From: Syntrophales bacterium
GTDB lineage: Bacteria; Desulfobacterota; Syntrophia; Syntrophales; UBA2210
Assembly: GCA_963666365.2 (NCBI GenBank)
Contig: CAXXNF010000001.1
Coordinates: 1,216,001-1,280,000 of the forward strand
Direction of reading: 5' to 3'
DNA length: 64,000 nucleotides
Positions within the stretch are counted from its first letter, which is position 1, and every line of letters starts with the position of its first letter. The notes beneath the pieces are model-generated. The model made no database searches, was not told the DNA's origin, and worked only from the letters and a program-made list of their open reading frames with translations. Of this stretch, positions 9,007 to 17,452 are shown in pieces. Made by a program: the position numbers and the translations under genes.

Positions 9007-11688
9007 ATGGCACACAGGATGAGTAAATTTTCTGACAACATGGAAAATGCACCACACTTCGAAAACGTGTCTCCCGGAACAGAGCAGACGCTTCTGGGCG
9101 CAGAGGAAAAGGCAATCCTCCGCCGGGCGGTGCGGGAAAATCGAAGTTACCTGATGGAACACGAATGCAAAGAAATCCTCGAAGGAATGGGCATTATCAC
9201 CACGGGATTTCTTGTAGCCGCCACGGAGGACGATGCCGTGGAAATGAGCAGGCGTGTGGGATATCCTGTGGTCCTGAAGATCGTCTCGCCCGACGTGGTT
9301 CATAAAACCGACGCCGGAGGCGTCACACTTAATCTGACAGACGATGAGGCCGTAAGGGCAGCCTATCGGGATCTCATGGAGACATTCAAATATCAGCATA
9401 TCGTGGGCCTCTCCGTTCAGAGGATGGCGGCGCCGGGAATCGAAGCCATCATTGGCGTGACGCGCGATCCATCCTTCGGACCCGTCCTTATGTTCGGCCT
9501 GGGGGGCGTTTTCGTGGAGGTGCTGAAAGATGTGTCCTTCAGGGTGCTCCCCATCACCGAGCGGGATGCCGACGAGATGATCGAAGAAATCAAGGGAGCT
9601 GCGCTTCTCAAAGGCTATCGGGGCCATTCCGTTGATATCCCCTCTCTGAAATATCTGCTTCTCCGGATTTCACAGCTTGGCGTCGAGCACCCCGAAATCA
9701 GAGACCTCGACCTGAATCCCGTATTTCTCTATCCCGACGGGTACCTGACCGTCGACGCACGGATTTTTGTCGAAGAAGTCCCTGAGAAAATCCATGAACA
9801 GAAACGTGGCTCGGGAGATCTGCGCGACTTCTTCTACCCGCGAAGCATCGCCGTCCTCGGCGCCACCGATACACAACACAAGCTCGGCTATAATGTCTTT
9901 CATAATCTCATTTCTCATGATTTTAAGGGAGCGCTCTATCCGATCAATCCCCGGAAAGAATCCGTGCTCGGCATCAAGGCCTACGCCTCAATTCTCGATG
10001 TGGAAGATCCCGTCGATGTGGCCATTGTTATTGTGCCTGCTGATGCGGCTACTCGGGCAATAGAGGAATGCTGCGAAAAGGGGGTGCGCTACATTGTTGT
10101 TGAAACGGCGGGTTTTGCCGAAACGGGCGACGACGGTAAACGGGCCCAGTCACACCTCGAAGAGATCGTGAGGAGCAAGGAGTGCCGCATTCTCGGCCCC
10201 AACTGCTCCGGCGTGATCAATACCCATCACCATATGGTGCAATCCCTTGGCATACTTGACGATCTCGGCAAGGGAAACGTCGGGCTGATCGCCCAGGCGG
10301 GCGTCTATGCCGCCGGCATTCTCACGGGACTTCGCCACATTATCGATTTCGGCATCGTGGCAACCATCGGCAACAAAATGGATATCAACGAAACGGACAT
10401 CCTTGAATATATGGGTGACGATGAACACATCGATGTTATCGCCATGTATATGGAAGACGTGAAAAGCGGCAAACGCTTTGTCGATGTCGCCGAACGGGTG
10501 TCAGCCAAAAAGCCTGTGGTGGTCCTTAAGGCGGGAAGAACGGAAGCGGGTAAAAAAGCCGTTTCGTCCCATACGGCATCGATGGCCGGCAATGACAAAA
10601 TAAACAGCGCCGCCTTCAGACAGAGCGGCATTATCAGGGCCCGGGACAATGAACATCTGTTCGCCCTGATGCGGGCGTTCTCAAAACAGCCCATCCCCTG
10701 GGGCAGCAGCGTGATGGTAATTACCTACACCGGTTCGCTGGGAGTGGCCGCCACGGACATGCTGTACCTCAGCAATCTGAGGCTCGGCGCCCTGGAGCCT
10801 TATCTGCAGAACAGACTGCGAAACGTGCTGCCCTCTTATCTGAATATTCAGAACCCCGTCGACTGTTCTTTCAGCATGGACCCGGCCCAGGTGAAAAGCC
10901 TGATCGAAATCGGCGTTGAAAGCAGCGACGTGGACAGCTTTATCGTCATTATACAGGGCGAGATGATGGCCTCTTTCGTGGACACCCTGAAACATATCGA
11001 TTACCGGGGAAAGCCGATTGTCTGCTGCGTGGCCTGTAAGGAATTCATGATGGACAACGTAATAAAAATGGAACAGGCCGGCATCCCCGTCTACTCCACC
11101 TCTGAAATGGCGGCGGAGGTGCTGGGTGAGATGTATCGGTACGGCGTCAGACAGCGCACGACGATCTCCGATTCCATTGCCCGGCATCTGAAACAGGATA
11201 GGCTGGTGATTGACAATGTCCCTCTGCGCCTCCGCCTGATCAACCAAAGCGACATCGACTCATGGATGAACTTCGTCAACGGCTGCTCTCCTCGTTCCCT
11301 GTGGATGCGCTTTTTGTCTCCCTTCGTGCCGACCCCCCAGAGGGCACGGCGTTTCTGTGATCTCGATCCAGCGCGCGAAGTTGCGGTGGTGGCGGAGATG
11401 ACCGAGGACGATCACAGCAAATTGGTAGGGATTGCCCGTCTTCTCAAGGATCCCGGATGCAAGGAGGCTGATTACGCCCTCATAGTAGCGGACCCCTGGC
11501 AAAGAAAAATGCTCGGGTGCCTCATGTCGGAACAGTGCCTGGAGCTTGCCCGGCACTGGGGCGTCAACAAGGTCAAGGCGGAAACGATTCAGCAGAACTT
11601 TCCCATGCTTCGGGTGTTGAAGCACTGTAACTTCTCTCTTGAGTTCAAGGACGGCAACATGGTCTTCATGTCGCGCGATCTGGAATAG
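9007..11688 (+). CDS. ADP-forming acyl-CoA synthetase (beta-alpha order) fused to a C-terminal GNAT domain
   Basis: N-terminal ATP-grasp (GYPVVLK..SPD..HKTD.GGV, DLNP), then CoA-binding and ligase domains (PRSIAV.GA, GPNC.G, SSHTASMAG), then a GNAT domain (LR....D, RF, D..RE.A, E.A..V.D.WQ, N..M). Confidence 0.88.
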   Translation: MAHRMSKFSDNMENAPHFENVSPGTEQTLLGAEEKAILRRAVRENRSYLMEHECKEILEGMGIITTGFLVAATEDDAVEMSRRVGYPVVLKIVSPDVVHKTDAGGVTLNLTDDEAVRAAYRDLMETFKYQHIVGLSVQRMAAPGIEAIIGVTRDPSFGPVLMFGLGGVFVEVLKDVSFRVLPITERDADEMIEEIKGAALLKGYRGHSVDIPSLKYLLLRISQLGVEHPEIRDLDLNPVFLYPDGYLTVDARIFVEEVPEKIHEQKRGSGDLRDFFYPRSIAVLGATDTQHKLGYNVFHNLISHDFKGALYPINPRKESVLGIKAYASILDVEDPVDVAIVIVPADAATRAIEECCEKGVRYIVVETAGFAETGDDGKRAQSHLEEIVRSKECRILGPNCSGVINTHHHMVQSLGILDDLGKGNVGLIAQAGVYAAGILTGLRHIIDFGIVATIGNKMDINETDILEYMGDDEHIDVIAMYMEDVKSGKRFVDVAERVSAKKPVVVLKAGRTEAGKKAVSSHTASMAGNDKINSAAFRQSGIIRARDNEHLFALMRAFSKQPIPWGSSVMVITYTGSLGVAATDMLYLSNLRLGALEPYLQNRLRNVLPSYLNIQNPVDCSFSMDPAQVKSLIEIGVESSDVDSFIVIIQGEMMASFVDTLKHIDYRGKPIVCCVACKEFMMDNVIKMEQAGIPVYSTSEMAAEVLGEMYRYGVRQRTTISDSIARHLKQDRLVIDNVPLRLRLINQSDIDSWMNFVNGCSPRSLWMRFLSPFVPTPQRARRFCDLDPAREVAVVAEMTEDDHSKLVGIARLLKDPGCKEADYALIVADPWQRKMLGCLMSEQCLELARHWGVNKVKAETIQQNFPMLRVLKHCNFSLEFKDGNMVFMSRDLE

Positions 11689-11947
11689 ATTTTACTGTCC
11701 GCTACGGGAGATTCGCCCCTCGATCATATTGATCGACTTCTCCCCGAAAGGGAAGCTGCTTCCTCGGAGGTTGCAGCTTTCCTTTCTTTTTTTGCAGTCA
11801 AACCTTATTGGCCATCAGGTCGTTACGAAAAAAACTTGCGAAAACGCACGCCTGGTATTAGCATCATCCCTGTTCCATCATTATTGCAACATTGAACCGT
11901 TCGATCCGGGAAACCCTATCATGCAAAGGGCAGAAAAGGAGGTACCC

Positions 11948-12769
11948 ATGAATTACACCACTATTTTTGTTACGATTGACGAAGGAATCGCCATCATTAC
12001 CTTGAATCGCCCTGAGGCCATGAATGCCTGGAACGCAGCCATGGCGATCGAAATTACCGATGCACTGACTACTCTCGACCGGGATGATACGATTCGCGCC
12101 ATTGTCGTTACCGGGGCCGGATCTGTTTTTTGCGCCGGCGCCGACCTCTCGGGCAACGATGCATTCCCTACCGATGAACAGGACTATGCCGGCCTGCGAA
12201 GGGCCCTCGGCTTTCCCTCCATCATGCCCCGGCAGCTCAGGAAGCCCGTACTCGCTGCCATTAACGGCCATGCCATCGGCGTGGGCATTACCTTTCCCAT
12301 GTCCTGCGATATCCGTTTCGTGGCCGAAGATGCCAAGATCCAGTTCGCCTTCGTACGCCGCGGCATTCTGCCGGAGCTTTCGTCCCACATAACCGTGGCG
12401 CGAGTGGCGGGCTTTTCCACGGCGGCCGACCTGATGCTGACGGGAAGAGTGATCAGGGGAAAGGAATTTGCGGCAATGGGGCTTGCCTCCGAGGCGCTTC
12501 CGGCAGCCGACGTGCTTCCGGCGACGATTGAACGGGCACGGGAGTTTCATAAAGCGGCCCCCGTTTCGGTCGCCATATCGAAACGCTTCCTCTGGGAGGG
12601 ACTCACCTCATCGGCCGCTGAAATCGACGCAAGGGAATTTCCCCTCTTCGTATGGATATGCGCACAACCCGATGCAGCCGAAGGAGTCATGTCCTTTCTG
12701 GAAAAACGGAATCCCCGATGGACCATGAAGGTAACGAGCGACCTTCCCGATCTGCTTGATAAAAAATAA
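11948..12769 (+). CDS. Enoyl-CoA hydratase/isomerase (crotonase) family
   Basis: ITLNRPE.MNA, FCAGADL and KPVLAAINGHAIGVG. AAGGAGG RBS before ATG 11948. Confidence 0.92.
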   Translation: MNYTTIFVTIDEGIAIITLNRPEAMNAWNAAMAIEITDALTTLDRDDTIRAIVVTGAGSVFCAGADLSGNDAFPTDEQDYAGLRRALGFPSIMPRQLRKPVLAAINGHAIGVGITFPMSCDIRFVAEDAKIQFAFVRRGILPELSSHITVARVAGFSTAADLMLTGRVIRGKEFAAMGLASEALPAADVLPATIERAREFHKAAPVSVAISKRFLWEGLTSSAAEIDAREFPLFVWICAQPDAAEGVMSFLEKRNPRWTMKVTSDLPDLLDKK

Positions 12770-13167
12770 TGTCTTCTACGAATACACCTACTGTTCATTT
12801 TACCGATACAACGGGTGGAGCGGTTGCGGCGCGGCAATGGAATTTCGGGGACGGCGTCACGAGCACCGATCAGAACCTGATCCATACCTACAGTCAGTAC
12901 GGAAAATACTCCTCATGCCTCACGGTGACCGCACCCTGCGGATCCCGCAGTACAACGAAACATCACTACATCTTTGTCTTCCATCAGGGAGTTGACGTCA
13001 ACGGTGACTCCACAATAGATCTGGCCGATGCGATCACGGCTCTGCAAATCACCGCCTATCATAAGGATGGGGTCATTCGAACGAATCAGGCACCCGACGT
13101 CAACAGCGACGGGAAAACGGGAATCGAAGAGGCGATATATTTACTGCGATGGTTATCGGAGGATTAA
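12769..13167 (+). CDS. PKD domain plus dockerin-like C-terminal domain; probably a 5'-truncated fragment of a secreted protein
   Basis: PKD motif FTD...WNFGDG.TS..QN..HTY...G.Y...LTV, and paired loops DVNGDSTIDLAD and DVNSDGKTGIEE. No signal peptide. Confidence 0.7.
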   Translation: MSSTNTPTVHFTDTTGGAVAARQWNFGDGVTSTDQNLIHTYSQYGKYSSCLTVTAPCGSRSTTKHHYIFVFHQGVDVNGDSTIDLADAITALQITAYHKDGVIRTNQAPDVNSDGKTGIEEAIYLLRWLSED

Positions 13168-13471
13168 TTTTTTATTTACATTTTCCGCAGAATCTGTTAC
13201 TGACCATCCAGCACTATGGTCACAGTAATGCGGGCGGTCACCCACCTCCTTCTCCACGCCCGCATTACACCTCCTATCTCTTCGATACAATTGCATATCA
13301 TTCAACATTCTTCCGAGTACAGCTTCTTTGAATGCGTTCCTACATCAAGGTCATACAGTGACCCGATTTACATATTTTTTTAAATTTACAAATATTTCGG
13401 GATACAGGAACTGCCGTTTTCGAACGAATATTATCGGCAAAACCGGAATAAAGGAATGGAAAAGAAAAGAT

Positions 13472-13499
13472 AGGGCCTGCAGCTCACGCCGCAAGCCCT
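13472..13499 (-). terminator. Hairpin terminator downstream of tRNA-Val
   Basis: Minus strand AGGGCTTGCGGC-GTGA-GCTGCAGGCCCT followed by ATCTTTTCTTTT. Confidence 0.6.
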
Positions 13500-13507
13500 T
13501 GAAATCA

Positions 13508-13582
13508 TGGTAGGCGGTACTGGATTTGAACCAGTGACTTCTACCGTGTGAAGGTAGCACTCTCCCGCTGAGTTAACCGCCC
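13508..13582 (-). tRNA. tRNA-Val (anticodon CAC)
   Basis: Reverse complement is GGGCGGTTAACTCAGCGGGAGAGTGCTACCTT-CAC-ACGGTAGAAGTCACTGGTTCAAATCCAGTACCGCCTACCA. It folds as a cloverleaf with a T-loop GGTTCAAATCC and an encoded CCA. Confidence 0.97.
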
Positions 13583-13689
13583 GGATGAGGCCTGTGACAT
13601 TATCCTAAAGTGTCGTTGATTGCAAGCCAAAAATCCATGGGAGGCATGATTTTAAAGGAAGATTGTGCGGTTCAATACCCGTTCTCAAA

Positions 13690-13718
13690 TTGACTTAATT
13701 CCTATTTTTTTCTATTAT
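13690..13718 (+). promoter_or_regulatory. Sigma70-type promoter
   Basis: TTGACT-N17-TATTAT upstream of the ORF at 13767. Confidence 0.65.
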
Positions 13719-13766
13719 ATAGGTGCGGACAAAAAAAGGCCGACAGCGGCCGGAGGGAGGTTACAG

Positions 13767-14060
13767 ATGAAAGCGAGTATCATTTTTACCGGTACGGGCC
13801 CTATTCTTATTCTCACCTCATACGCATCCTTAACTGATCCGGATTTCGTCGATAAGCTTGCGGCAAAGGGAATCAAAAAGTTCATCGCCTCGGAGCTTCC
13901 GCTTGAGGAAGTCAAAAAGAAGTACGGAGAGCACTTTACTATAATTCTGAATGACCTGCACCAGACCGACGACCTTCGGGTCCTCGACTACAACGGCTAC
14001 AACATATTCAATTCTTTCTCCTTTGCAGAAATGGGCAAACCGATTTACTACGAACCGTAA
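13767..14060 (+). CDS. Small hypothetical cytosolic protein (97 aa)
   Basis: GGAGG RBS, an upstream promoter and a protein-like composition (MKASIIFTGTGPILILTS...LRVLDYNG). Confidence 0.75.
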   Translation: MKASIIFTGTGPILILTSYASLTDPDFVDKLAAKGIKKFIASELPLEEVKKKYGEHFTIILNDLHQTDDLRVLDYNGYNIFNSFSFAEMGKPIYYEP

Positions 14061-14160
14061 GATCTTCTATTGACCGGGCAGCGTGCCGAAAGGAAAAGAC
14101 AGCATCAACAACGTGCGGGGAGCATTATCGCCAAATCTCCCCGAATGAGGGGGTGTGTCT

Positions 14161-14937
14161 TTAAAAGCGCCCTTTTCTGCCCTCCCCTTTTTTGAAACGT
14201 CGGGCGCCGGCCTGTGATTCGCCGCTTCGAATCACGCCCATGCCGAGCTGGAATTCAAGGGCAAGGGCCTCGTCAAAGGGGAGATCGAAGCCGCGATAGA
14301 CCGCCTCGCGATCGCTGCGAAGGCAGCGCTGGGGAAACGCGGCTATTTCGGCGGCAAGCGTTTCCGCCACCTGCCGTGCCTGCCCCTGCGGGACCACACG
14401 GTTCGCCAATCCCATGGCGAGGGCCTCCTCGGCGTTGACCGGGCGGCCCGTCAGGATCATGTCGAGTGCCCTGCTCATTCCGATCAGCCGGGGAAGACGC
14501 AGGGTTCCCCCATCGATAAGCGGCACACCGAAACGACGGCAGAAGACACCAAAAACGGCATCTCTCTCTACCACTCGCAAGTCGCAGAGACAGGCCAGTT
14601 CAAGTCCGCCCGCCACGGCATAGCCTGACACGGCGGCGATAACGGGCTTGCTCAGTCTCATGCGGGTGGGTCCCATAGGACCATCGGCATACATATTTTC
14701 CTGAAGACGACTGCCTTCATCTTCGCGCGCCTCGGCGAGCGCCTTCAGGTCGGCGCCGGCGCAGAAGGTTCCGCCGGCGCCCCAGAGAACTGCCGCTGAA
14801 AGGCCCCTATCGCTCTCAAAGGCACGAAAGGCATCGGCCAGCAGCCGGGCTGTTTTGGCATCGACGGCATTGCGCGCCTCCGGACGATCGATAATAATGG
14901 TACAGACAGCATCTTTCCGTTCAATCCGGACTTTCAC
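14161..14937 (-). CDS. Enoyl-CoA hydratase (crotonase) family
   Basis: DRPEARNAVD, FCAGADLK, KPVIAAVSGYAVAGGLELA and GVPLIDGGT. GTG start is inferred. Confidence 0.92.
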   Translation of the reverse strand: MKVRIERKDAVCTIIIDRPEARNAVDAKTARLLADAFRAFESDRGLSAAVLWGAGGTFCAGADLKALAEAREDEGSRLQENMYADGPMGPTRMRLSKPVIAAVSGYAVAGGLELACLCDLRVVERDAVFGVFCRRFGVPLIDGGTLRLPRLIGMSRALDMILTGRPVNAEEALAMGLANRVVPQGQARQVAETLAAEIAAFPQRCLRSDREAVYRGFDLPFDEALALEFQLGMGVIRSGESQAGARRFKKGEGRKGRF

Positions 14938-15017
14938 GGCATCGGCCTCTTCGTGAGAAATTAAAAGAGAAGCCGGCGCCCCCACTGTAGAAGGGAATCC
15001 GGCCGTACATATCCTGC

Positions 15018-15821
15018 TCAGGCGCCTTTGAAGTTGGGCTTGCGCTTTTCGGCGAATGCAACCATTGCCTCTCTGCAATCGTCGGAATTGAGCAGCAGCA
15101 TGTTCTTGTGAACGGCCAGCGCGATGCCGTCGCGAATCGAGGCGAACCGGCTGTAATTAAGCACTTCTTTTGTGTTCTGGACAGCCAGTGGCGCACTTTC
15201 CTTGATTTCTTCGGCGAGCTTTTGCGCTGCGGCCATGAGGGTGTCCTGATCGGGACAGACTTCAATCACCAGCCCCATCCGCTCCACCTCCGCGGCGGAG
15301 AAGAAACGGCCCGTGTAGGCCATCTGTCGCGTAGAGGCCTGACCGATGATAAAGGGCAGTCTCTGAAGCACGCCCATATCGGCCACGATGCCTATGCGCG
15401 CTTCGCGCAGTGAAAAACTGGCATCTTCCGTACAGAGACGCAGATCGCAGGAAGTGATGATGTCGAGCCCGGCGCCGACGCACATGCCATGAACGGCGGC
15501 GATAACCGGTTTTTTGCACTCTTCTATGGCATGGCAACATTCGAAGATATCCTTATCGTGCAGGGGGATGTCAAGCATGTTGCGTGGATTGCCGATCAGA
15601 CCGCGCGACATGGCGTCCTTCAGATCGAGTCCCGCCGAGAATATGCGGGCATTGCTTTTCAAAATGACGACCCACACATCATCCATTCCTTCAAGCTCAT
15701 GAAATACCTCAGTAATCTCCGTGGCAAGCTCCATGCTCAGTGCGTTTAAACTTTCCTTTCTATTCAAGGCAACGGTTGCGACATGATCTTCCGTGGTGAC
15801 CTCGATCCATTTATATTCCAT
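15018..15821 (-). CDS. Crotonase family, dienoyl-CoA isomerase-like
   Basis: FSAGLDL, KPVIAAVHGMCVGAGLD and E..IGIVADMG.LQRLP. GGAGG RBS. Confidence 0.9.
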   Translation of the reverse strand: MEYKWIEVTTEDHVATVALNRKESLNALSMELATEITEVFHELEGMDDVWVVILKSNARIFSAGLDLKDAMSRGLIGNPRNMLDIPLHDKDIFECCHAIEECKKPVIAAVHGMCVGAGLDIITSCDLRLCTEDASFSLREARIGIVADMGVLQRLPFIIGQASTRQMAYTGRFFSAAEVERMGLVIEVCPDQDTLMAAAQKLAEEIKESAPLAVQNTKEVLNYSRFASIRDGIALAVHKNMLLLNSDDCREAMVAFAEKRKPNFKGA

Positions 15822-15960
15822 AAGGACCTCCTTTGCGGGGTGTGGTAGTATTGAAGAGTCTCTACCACCAAAATAAAAAAAATACAATCCAAGATCCCAG
15901 GGACGCGATTCTGGCGATACCGTTTCGGCTGTGCTATGGTAATTTTTTGGAGGAATTGTT

Positions 15961-16773
15961 ATGAAAAATACTGTTGCAGAAGATTATGCAAAGTTGGACA
16001 GGCCCGAAATTCTGTCCGTCCTTTTCTATCCCCGAAAGGAAGACGACTCTTTCGACCGCAGGAAGGGTGGTTTCGAAATGCTGATTCCCGTGGCTGAGCA
16101 CGTGTCGGTGGGCGCCTGCCTCTACCGCGCATCGAAGAACGCTCCCACCATCCTCTTCTTTCACGGAAACGGAGAAATTGTGGCGGATTACGAAGACATC
16201 GGTCCTCTCTACGCACGGTGCGGGATTAATTTTCTGGCAGTCGATTACCGGGGATACGGCCGCTCGAAGGGATACCCGACGGTGACGGCGATGATGGCGG
16301 ACTGTCACGCCATCCTCGCCTGCCTGACCGAATGGTTCCGCAGAGAGCATTACACTGGGCCTCTCATCGTCATGGGACGATCGCTGGGAAGCGCCTCCGC
16401 TCTGGAACTGGCATATCGCCACAGCGATACCCTGGCGGGGCTTGTGATCGAAAGCGGGTTCGCCTATATGATGCCCCTGCTGCGACTGATGGGAATTCCC
16501 TTCGCCTCACTGGGCATCTCTGAAGAGGACGGGTGTCGCAATATCGAAAAAATCAAAGCCGTGACGATACCCACGCTGATTATTCATTCCCAGTACGATC
16601 AGATTATTCCCTTTTCCGACGGAAAGACGCTCTATAACGCATCGGGAACCGACGACAAGCGTCTCCTCATGATCCCCGGCGCTGATCACAATACCATATT
16701 TGCCCAGGGATTACGGGAATATATGGCGGCGATCGAGGATTTCACGAAATCGCTGACTCCGGCACAGTCATGA
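15961..16773 (+). CDS. Alpha/beta hydrolase
   Basis: FFHGNGE, DYRGYG.S, nucleophile motif GRSLG, D.II and catalytic H in ADHN. Confidence 0.9.
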   Translation: MKNTVAEDYAKLDRPEILSVLFYPRKEDDSFDRRKGGFEMLIPVAEHVSVGACLYRASKNAPTILFFHGNGEIVADYEDIGPLYARCGINFLAVDYRGYGRSKGYPTVTAMMADCHAILACLTEWFRREHYTGPLIVMGRSLGSASALELAYRHSDTLAGLVIESGFAYMMPLLRLMGIPFASLGISEEDGCRNIEKIKAVTIPTLIIHSQYDQIIPFSDGKTLYNASGTDDKRLLMIPGADHNTIFAQGLREYMAAIEDFTKSLTPAQS

Positions 16774-16834
16774 CGAAGGAGCTGCTTCTCTGAGGTTCTG
16801 CAAAGGCCTCTCCCCATACCGCCGCCTTTGCATA

Positions 16835-17365
16835 CTATTTTTGCCCGCGTTTCTCCGCTATCTTCTTCTGCTCGTCGAGGATAATGCGGGTTGCCATACG
16901 CGCCGTTTCACCTACAAGCGTGGAGCATTTTTCGGGCATTCCCGCTTTGAAGGCCTCTTCCATTTCTTTGGGGTCGTACAGATTGTAAAATCTTCCCACC
17001 AGCTTCTTCTGAATATCACAACACCGACAGGTACCGTATTTTTCCAAAAATTCATCATGCAGTTTTTTTGACAGCATGCAGGCCTTCAATTGTTTCATTA
17101 TATTGCCGAAATCTTCAAGTGAGCGCCCGAAAAAGTACCCGATGGCCAATGTGCCGCCCGACAGGGCGCCGCAGTGACCGTTGCCGGTAAGCCCAACCCC
17201 GTCGGCAAGTCCCGTGGCGGCCCTGAATACCGCCCCGTCCTGAACTCCCAGGGCTTCGAACACACCCGCAAGGGTGCATTGCGGACAGCCGCCGCTTGCG
17301 AGTTCATAGGCTTTCGCGCGATCGAAGGCACGCTGCAGAATATCTTCTTCTCGATCTCCCATCAT
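16835..17365 (-). CDS. C-GCAxxG-C-C family redox-active protein
   Basis: Cysteine pattern GCPQC...CGALSGG...GTCRC.DI...KC. Confidence 0.8.
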   Translation of the reverse strand: MMGDREEDILQRAFDRAKAYELASGGCPQCTLAGVFEALGVQDGAVFRAATGLADGVGLTGNGHCGALSGGTLAIGYFFGRSLEDFGNIMKQLKACMLSKKLHDEFLEKYGTCRCCDIQKKLVGRFYNLYDPKEMEEAFKAGMPEKCSTLVGETARMATRIILDEQKKIAEKRGQK

Positions 17366-17452
17366 AGTGTTTCCTCCTCTTTCATAAGTATAATTTCTGG
17401 TTTTCATGCCCCGCGACCGGCGTCGCCGCCGGGACTCATATCGCGGTGGCGT

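Noticed and set aside
16835..17365. Selenocysteine in the C-GCAxxG-C-C protein, Bcp, the thioredoxin fusion or the HMA protein
   Set aside because: None has an in-frame TGA within its ORF. They are Cys forms or Cys-less forms.
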